Source: Gemmatimonadota bacterium
GTDB taxonomy: Bacteria > Gemmatimonadota > Gemmatimonadetes > Longimicrobiales > Gaopeijiaceae
DNA: 12,099 bases
Reading direction: 5' to 3'
NCBI GenBank assembly: GCA_039589315.1
Contig: JBDHHQ010000116.1
Span: 1-12,099 of the forward strand
Shown here piece after piece: positions 6,972 through 12,099 of this stretch. Below the pieces are notes generated by a model that saw only the letters and a list, made by a program, of their open reading frames with translations, was not told where the DNA came from and ran no database searches. Position 1 is the stretch's first letter; every line of letters starts with the position of its first letter. Position numbers and translations under genes: made by a program.

Positions 6972-8123
6972 GGGACGAACGTCAGACGGGGTTAGAACGG
7001 CTCGCACCGCCGGTTCGGGAACGGCGTGGGTCCAGAGCTCCCCTGCAGACACGGCGCCCATCTTCTCCAGCAGCACGAAGCGGGGAGCACCGCTGCGCGA
7101 TTTCTTGTCTCGAGCCACGAAGCCTAGGACGGCCTCTGCGTCCAGGTCCGTCGGCATTCCGGTGGGCATGTCGAGTCGCCTGGCGATCGCGGCGAGCCGC
7201 TCCGCGGCACCGGGCTCGGTGACACCCAGGCGTTCCCCCAGGGTGGCCTCCAGGATCATGCCCAGCGCCACGGCCTGACCGTGTCGGATGCGGAAGCCCG
7301 AAGCGGCCTCCACGCCGTGGCCGAGCGTATGCCCGAAGTTCAGGACCTGACGGAGCCCGCCTTCCCGTTCATCGGCACCCACGACCCTGGCCTTGAGGCG
7401 CACCGAGCCCTGAACCACGCGTTCCACGGCCTCGGCGTCACCCGCCAGCACGCCGTCGAGGTCGGCCTCCACCGTCGCGAGGTAGGCCGGGTCGAGGATG
7501 GCACCGTGCTTCACCGCCTCCACCAACCCGTCGGCCCGAGCCCACCGGGGGAGGGTGGAGATCACGGCCGGGTCGGTCACGACCATCAACGGCGGATGGA
7601 AAGCCCCCACCAGGTTCTTGCCCGCCGGCGCGTCCACGCCGGTCTTGCCACCCACCGAAGCGTCCACCATGGCGAGGAGAGACGTGGGCACCTGCACCAG
7701 TGGAACACCGCGCATGAAGGTCGCCGCAACGAACCCCGCCAGGTCTCCCGTGACACCTCCCCCAACGGCGACGACCAGGGTGTCGCGCCCGCAGCCGTCG
7801 TCCAGGAGCGCGTCGGTGAGGCGCGCCCACTCGGCGCGGTTCTTGGACGACTCGCCGGGAGGAAACGTGAAGAGCGAAGCGCGGCGCCCACTGCCTACGA
7901 GCCGGGACGTGACCTTCGATCCGTAGAGCGCACCCACGGTGTCGTCGGAGATGACCGCGCACCGGTGCCCTTGTTGCGGATCCAGCAGCCCGGCCAGCTC
8001 GGCCAGCAGGCCGCGCCCGACCAGCACCGGATAACGGTGACCCCCGGCGTCTACGTCGATACGCCGGTGCCGCGGGCTTCCATCCTCACTCGTGCTGTTC
8101 GCCGCGCCCCCGTCGGAGGTCAA
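6969..8123 (-). CDS. aroB: 3-dehydroquinate synthase (384 aa, TTG start)
   Basis: Motifs GESSKN, GGGVTGDLAGFVAATFMRG, PTSLLAMVDASVGGKTG, KNLVGAFH, EAVKHG, LNFGHTLGHGVE, HGQAV and DKK. GGAG RBS; TTGA overlap with the upstream stop. Confidence 0.96.
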   Translation of the reverse strand: MTSDGGAANSTSEDGSPRHRRIDVDAGGHRYPVLVGRGLLAELAGLLDPQQGHRCAVISDDTVGALYGSKVTSRLVGSGRRASLFTFPPGESSKNRAEWARLTDALLDDGCGRDTLVVAVGGGVTGDLAGFVAATFMRGVPLVQVPTSLLAMVDASVGGKTGVDAPAGKNLVGAFHPPLMVVTDPAVISTLPRWARADGLVEAVKHGAILDPAYLATVEADLDGVLAGDAEAVERVVQGSVRLKARVVGADEREGGLRQVLNFGHTLGHGVEAASGFRIRHGQAVALGMILEATLGERLGVTEPGAAERLAAIARRLDMPTGMPTDLDAEAVLGFVARDKKSRSGAPRFVLLEKMGAVSAGELWTHAVPEPAVRAVLTPSDVRP

Positions 8124-9334
8124 GGGACTCCACCGGTGAGCCGCACTCGCACCTCCGGCGCGGGGCCCACGGTGAGCACCGCGGCCGCACGGTCCATGAC
8201 GCCGAGGGGTTCGAGCGTGGCGGGGCCGCCGAGGCCCCCGAGGCCCCGGGACAGCGTGGCGACGAAGCGGTCCCTGGCCGCCTCGTCGTCCCAGACGCTG
8301 ACCCAGACCAGGGAACGCTCACCGCCGGCTTCGAAGAGCGCGTATCGATCTCCATCCCACCCGGAGCGGGCCGCCCGCGCTGCGGGCCCGCCATGGGCTT
8401 CGAGCAGGATGCCGGTCTCGAGCGCCCCCAGGGTGTTCTGGTACACGACCGCGCCGTCGCCCGTGGGCTCCAACCCCACCTCGGTGGGCCGGTCCGGTGG
8501 CTCGCTCAGGAGGCGCGTGGGCTCCAGAATCTGCTCCGTGGACTCGGGCAGTCGGTCCCCGAAGGGTGCGGGGCGGTCCGGCGCGCTCTGCCATACCGCC
8601 TGGACGAACGCGGCGCCCTCCAGGTAGGGAAACAGGAGGGACTCCTGAACGATGGCCGGCGCCGACGCCAGCGCTGGGAACTGCGTGCGCATCATCTCCA
8701 GCGCCGGCCTGATGGTGCTGGAGAAGTCGGGGACCGCCGCCAGGTCCAACGGGAGCCCCTGGGCCCCCATGAGGTACTCGAACATGACCAGGGTGGCGTG
8801 GCCCTCGATGGCCGACTGTGCGGCGAGCTGACGGTCGTTCCCCCGCTCCTTGGCCGTGATCGAATCCAGATCCGTGGCCTGATCTTGCACCGCGTGGACC
8901 AGCTCGTGCACGAGCACGGTCTCGGTCGTGGCCTCGGGCTGGTCGTCCATGACGAAGAGGGTCGCTGCCGCCGGATCGTAGAACCCGGCCACCTGCTCCC
9001 CGTAGACGGAGAGCAGCAGCGTCCTCAGGTCCAGATCGGGGGGGACCAGGCCCAGCAGGGCGTAAGCGTCTCTCAGCGACTCCGCCTCGTCCGGGGGAAG
9101 CTCCTCATCCAGCTTCTCCATGAGAAACGCCTCGAGCTCGTCGCGACTTCTGCGCTCGACCCGAACGGGCGCGGCCAGGTCCAGGCTGGACCGGTCGGCC
9201 AGCTCCGGAAGAAGCCGCGAGGCTTGCCGGGCCAGTGCCGGATCGGACGATTCGACCAGGGCGGTCGCCGCATCCTGTTGAGCGCTGCACGCGCTGACGA
9301 GCAGCAACGAAGCGGTGGCGAGCGTGGGAATCAA
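8120..9334 (-). CDS. Putative lipoprotein zinc metallopeptidase, HEXXH plus downstream Glu (~404 aa, TTG start)
   Basis: TTG 9334 has a GGAGG RBS and a TTGA overlap with the folK stop. Lipobox-like LLLVSA-C16; VAGFYDP; HELVHAVQDQ (HELVH at 8908-8894); AIEGHA 30 aa later; FPYLEGAAF; PESTEQIL; GWDGDRY. Confidence 0.8.
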   Translation of the reverse strand: MIPTLATASLLLVSACSAQQDAATALVESSDPALARQASRLLPELADRSSLDLAAPVRVERRSRDELEAFLMEKLDEELPPDEAESLRDAYALLGLVPPDLDLRTLLLSVYGEQVAGFYDPAAATLFVMDDQPEATTETVLVHELVHAVQDQATDLDSITAKERGNDRQLAAQSAIEGHATLVMFEYLMGAQGLPLDLAAVPDFSSTIRPALEMMRTQFPALASAPAIVQESLLFPYLEGAAFVQAVWQSAPDRPAPFGDRLPESTEQILEPTRLLSEPPDRPTEVGLEPTGDGAVVYQNTLGALETGILLEAHGGPAARAARSGWDGDRYALFEAGGERSLVWVSVWDDEAARDRFVATLSRGLGGLGGPATLEPLGVMDRAAAVLTVGPAPEVRVRLTGGVP

Positions 9335-9873
9335 AGCGCGTCCTCCAATGCCGATGGGTCGGCGAAGCGGCGAAGACCGGAAGCGGCGACACCCGCGCAT
9401 ACCGCGTGGACGGGTTGGCCCGTGCTCGGGTCGACGAGGTCCGGGGCCACCTCCATGAGGGGCACGCAGACGAACGCCCGGCGGGACCAACGCGGGTGGG
9501 GAACGACCAGGTCGCGGGTTCGAATCATGAGACTACCGTAGAAGATCAGGTCAAGGTCCAACGTGCGGGGGCCCCGGGAGACCGTGCGTCGCCGTCCGGC
9601 TCGCCGCTCCGCGCTCATGAGGACGGCTAGCAGATCCTCGGGCGTGAGCCGTGTTGTCCCGCAGACCACCGCGTTCAGGAAGTCCGGCTGCTCCAGATAG
9701 TCCGCCGGCTCGGACTCGTACACCGAGGACACGCGTTCGACCCGTACGGGTCCGGACACTGCCTCGAGGCCCGACCGGAGGTGGTCCAGCCGGTCTCCCA
9801 CGTTCGACCCCATCGCCACGACGACGCGCGCATCAGGCTCCTCGCCCCCGTCACGCCTGGTCCGCGCCGTCAC
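9331..9873 (-). CDS. folK: 2-amino-4-hydroxy-6-hydroxymethyldihydropteridine diphosphokinase (HPPK)
   Basis: Motifs VAMGSNVGD, SSVYESEP, QPDFLNAV, ERRAGRRR, GPRTLDLDLIFY, LVVPHPR and RAFVCVPL. Start uncertain; GTG 9873 overlaps the cupin 3' end by 23 nt. Confidence 0.95.
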   Translation of the reverse strand: MTARTRRDGGEEPDARVVVAMGSNVGDRLDHLRSGLEAVSGPVRVERVSSVYESEPADYLEQPDFLNAVVCGTTRLTPEDLLAVLMSAERRAGRRRTVSRGPRTLDLDLIFYGSLMIRTRDLVVPHPRWSRRAFVCVPLMEVAPDLVDPSTGQPVHAVCAGVAASGLRRFADPSALEDAL

Positions 9874-10231
9874 CCTCCGGAGCCCTTCCGTATCGGTCCT
9901 CCAGACGCACCACGTCATCCAGGTGCGCCGTGGAGGCTTCGAGGATGTCGCAGTCGGTCAGCGCCTCCATGCGGTGGATCGTACCCGGACGAACCCGGTA
10001 GCTCTGGCCCGCATCCAGCGCGACCTCCTCGAGTCGGTCCACCGCGGTTCCCACCGTGAAGCGCATCCGACCCGTCAGCAGGTGGATGGTCTCGTCCTTG
10101 ATCTCGTGGTATTGCAGGGAAAGGGACTCCCCGGCGTTCACGTGGAGGATCTTGCCCACATACTGTGCCGTCTCGGCCCAGAGGAGCTCGTACCCCCAGG
10201 GCTTCTCGACCCGTCGCGGCGTGATCTTCAT
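9851..10231 (-). CDS. Stand-alone cupin, mannose-6-phosphate isomerase type II C-terminal-like (126 aa)
   Basis: ATG 10231 with GGGAG RBS. Motifs VEKPWG, LSLQYHEIKDET, PGTIHRM and EAST..LDDVVRLEDRYGR. The upstream extension in the ORF track is a shadow of the neighbouring gene. Confidence 0.88.
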   Translation of the reverse strand: MKITPRRVEKPWGYELLWAETAQYVGKILHVNAGESLSLQYHEIKDETIHLLTGRMRFTVGTAVDRLEEVALDAGQSYRVRPGTIHRMEALTDCDILEASTAHLDDVVRLEDRYGRAPEGDGADQA

Positions 10232-10298
10232 GGAGCTCCCGGTATCATGTTCATGGAGTCTGCGGAGGGGCCGGGCCGGGGACTGCTGGAGCCCGGGC

Positions 10299-11465
10299 TC
10301 AGTTCCTGTACAGCTTCGCTGCTGCCCGGTCGAGAATGTAGAGGCGCCCGGCCCGGACCAGAAGGTCACCCGAGAAGTCGGGCTCCCGGACCACGCCCAG
10401 CTTGACGGGTGTACCCTGGCCATCGAAGTCGTAGACGAAGACGCCCTGAGCGCCCGCCGCCACGTATACGCGGCGGTGCAAGGCCGCGGCATCGTACGCG
10501 AAGTCCATGCCGGTGAGCACGTGCTGGATGGCGAGGGACCGGGGGTCGGACACGTCCACCATCGCCGCGCCGGCGTCGCCCATGGCGATCGTTGCCAGTG
10601 GCCCCGCCAGATTGATGGCCACCGCTCGCCCGGGCAATTCGAGCCGACCCAGCTCCGACAGATCTCCCGGGCTCCGCGCCACGAGGCTCGAGTCCTCCAG
10701 CGTCCAGAGCACGTTGCCCCCGGGCGCAAGGCGCAGGGAGGGAGCCAGTCCGACCGTGGACACCGACGTTCCTTCTCGGACCGATGGCGCCAGCGCCGAT
10801 CCAGTCAGCTCCAGGCGTCGAATGCTCCCAGGCTGCGCCACGGCCAGGGCGCCACCCCGTAGCGTCTCCAACGACGCGGCCCCGGTCGACGCGATGGGTA
10901 CCGGTTCCTCGACCGCGCCCGGAATCGGGACCCCTACGAGCTGGTCGCTCGACGCGAGAAGCAAGAGTCGGCCCTCCATGCCGACCGCAGCGGCGCGGGC
11001 CGGAAAGCCGCCGAGGATCCTCTCGGCCGTCAATGCGTCGTCGACGAAGAACACCCAATCCCGCGTCAGCGCGTACACGCCGTCCTCGGCCTCTCGCAGC
11101 CTGTTGGGCGTCTCGGCCAGATCCACCGAGGAGAGCTCCAGCTCCACGGTGGGCCCCTCCAACGCCCGCCGCACCGCCTTCTTGTCCAGCTCGGACCCCA
11201 GCAGGTATCCCAACCCCGCACCCAGGAGAGAGCCCAACGCCACCACACAGCCGGTGGTGTCGCATACGCCTGTCCGGGACTGCTCGCCGGCTTGGTCGGT
11301 GAAGGTGGCCGCGCCGCCCAGAATCAGCGCGCCGGTCGCGGCCCCTGCCCACCGGCGCCAGCGGCTCGGCACGTCCTCCTGCTCGACCGACTGGGCCAGC
11401 AGCGTGCCGGGTTGGAGGAGAACGGTCAGGACCAGGGCCCGCACGAGGCCCGTTCGGAAGGTCAT
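10299..11465 (-). CDS. Secreted protein with a glycine-zipper-like hairpin and an LVIVD-like beta-propeller (~388 aa)
   Basis: ATG 11465 with GGAG RBS. Signal peptide MTFRTGLVRALVLTVLLQPGTLLA-Q; two Gly-rich hydrophobic segments around CDTTGC; LVIVD-like repeats AMGDAGAAMVDVSDP and VYVAAGAQGVFVYDFDGQGTP. Confidence 0.72.
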   Translation of the reverse strand: MTFRTGLVRALVLTVLLQPGTLLAQSVEQEDVPSRWRRWAGAATGALILGGAATFTDQAGEQSRTGVCDTTGCVVALGSLLGAGLGYLLGSELDKKAVRRALEGPTVELELSSVDLAETPNRLREAEDGVYALTRDWVFFVDDALTAERILGGFPARAAAVGMEGRLLLLASSDQLVGVPIPGAVEEPVPIASTGAASLETLRGGALAVAQPGSIRRLELTGSALAPSVREGTSVSTVGLAPSLRLAPGGNVLWTLEDSSLVARSPGDLSELGRLELPGRAVAINLAGPLATIAMGDAGAAMVDVSDPRSLAIQHVLTGMDFAYDAAALHRRVYVAAGAQGVFVYDFDGQGTPVKLGVVREPDFSGDLLVRAGRLYILDRAAAKLYRN

Positions 11466-11632
11466 TCGCTGATCTCCAGGGTCACGATCTCCTGTGCAAT
11501 CGGTTCGGCGCTCCCCAACGGCGGCCACGGACCCTTCTCGATCGCTTGGGTCCTCTCTTGGCATCCCTCGGAAGCCCCAATCGATACGTGGCACGACCGT
11601 TGGCCGCGCCGACCACAAAGGAAGTTCAGCCC

Positions 11633-11672
11633 AAAGAGCGGCGCCCGCCACCCGCATGGGGCGACGGGCGCC
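11633..11672 (-). terminator. Probable intrinsic terminator
   Basis: Minus strand GGCGCCCGTCGCCC-CATGC-GGGTGGCGGGCGCC, a 14-bp stem whose two G-U pairs form only on this strand, followed by GCTCTTT; 22 nt after the stop at 11695. The U-tract is weak. Confidence 0.65.
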
Positions 11673-11694
11673 TATGCCTCCGGGGGACTTTGGT

Positions 11695-12099
11695 CTACCT
11701 GGGGAAGAAGCTCACGAACTTGAACTGGTAGTTCTCGCTCACTTGTACGAAGTGCTGGGTAAGCACCTGCAGTCCGTCCGGTTCCAGCAGCACCGCGTAG
11801 GTGTTCTTGGGGTTGAACGAGCCCACCGTCGACTCGGGGATGATGTCTAGTCCGTTCCCCAGGGCGTCCACCGCGAACTCGTTCGCTCGCGCGAACTCGG
11901 TCACCGGCGTGCTCGGGATCAGCTCCACGATGTAGCTGGTGTAGTGGAACCCCTGGGGTGGCTGGGGCAGACGCCGCAGCTCGGCCTGCAACTGGCGTCC
12001 GGCGTTCAGGCTGATGAACTCTGCCGTGCCGGAGCCCCCGTTCAGGAACTGGTAGTCGTTGGTGCCACCGTTGAAGCCGCCGAGGGTCATGGCGCCGGC
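11695..12099 (-). CDS. C-terminal part of a hypothetical, probably extracytoplasmic protein with RskA C-terminal-like motifs (5' end outside window)
   Basis: Frame is open to the window edge (AGAMTLGGF...). Protein-like composition, GC3-rich codons and a downstream terminator. LRRLPQPPQGFHYTSYIV and YAVLLEPDG resemble the LPxxPxGxxYxxW and AVTxEPxG motifs of RskA-type domains. Confidence 0.7.
   Translation of the reverse strand, partial: AGAMTLGGFNGGTNDYQFLNGGSGTAEFISLNAGRQLQAELRRLPQPPQGFHYTSYIVELIPSTPVTEFARANEFAVDALGNGLDIIPESTVGSFNPKNTYAVLLEPDGLQVLTQHFVQVSENYQFKFVSFFPR

Noticed and set aside
6969..8123. Possible secondary-metabolite sugar-phosphate cyclase (EEVS/DDGS/DOIS) rather than AroB
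   Set aside because: Retains standard DHQS motifs (KxxVVxxDERExGLRxxLNFGHT) and has no biosynthetic cluster around it; HGQAV is a minor variant.
4389..9541. Other long plus-strand ORFs (4389-5210, 4963-6129, 7281-8627, 8393-9541)
   Set aside because: Each lies opposite motif-supported minus-strand genes; stop-codon scarcity in GC-rich DNA explains them.
10227..10258. Direct repeat TTCATGGAG twice at the cupin start
   Set aside because: Only two 9-bp copies, one being the start codon itself; not an array and no element lies between them.
10232..10729. Apparent N-terminal extension making the cupin 292 aa
   Set aside because: Mostly overlaps the propeller gene in another frame; the real start at 10231 has its own RBS. 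The same reasoning applies to extensions at 2562-2693, 9335-9490 and 11466-11657.
1..12099. CRISPR array, tRNA/rRNA, IS or integrase
   Set aside because: No regularly spaced repeats, cloverleaf or rRNA signatures, or transposase motifs seen; all intergenic gaps are under ~230 nt.

Overview
GC-rich bacterial chromosomal segment (gene content and protein style suggest Gemmatimonadota; inference only). All 12 supported CDSs are on the minus strand. In transcription order: the C-terminal part of an unknown protein with RskA-C-like motifs, a terminator, a secreted glycine-zipper/LVIVD beta-propeller protein, an overlapping run of PMI-type cupin, folK, HEXXH lipoprotein and aroB, a sigma70-type promoter, acyl-CoA ligase, a NYN RNase protein, 3-methyladenine DNA glycosylase, an NhaC-family transporter, a second promoter, etfB and the start of etfA. 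The most unusual element is the ~626-aa NYN protein. It has an intact NYN/PIN catalytic set, two tandem OST-HTH/LOTUS domains, long charge-patterned linkers and a C-terminal RecD2-type helix-hairpin-helix module, and it lies just upstream of a DNA repair glycosylase. No rRNA, tRNA, CRISPR array or transposase is evident. Family calls come from motif recognition by eye; no database searches were run.
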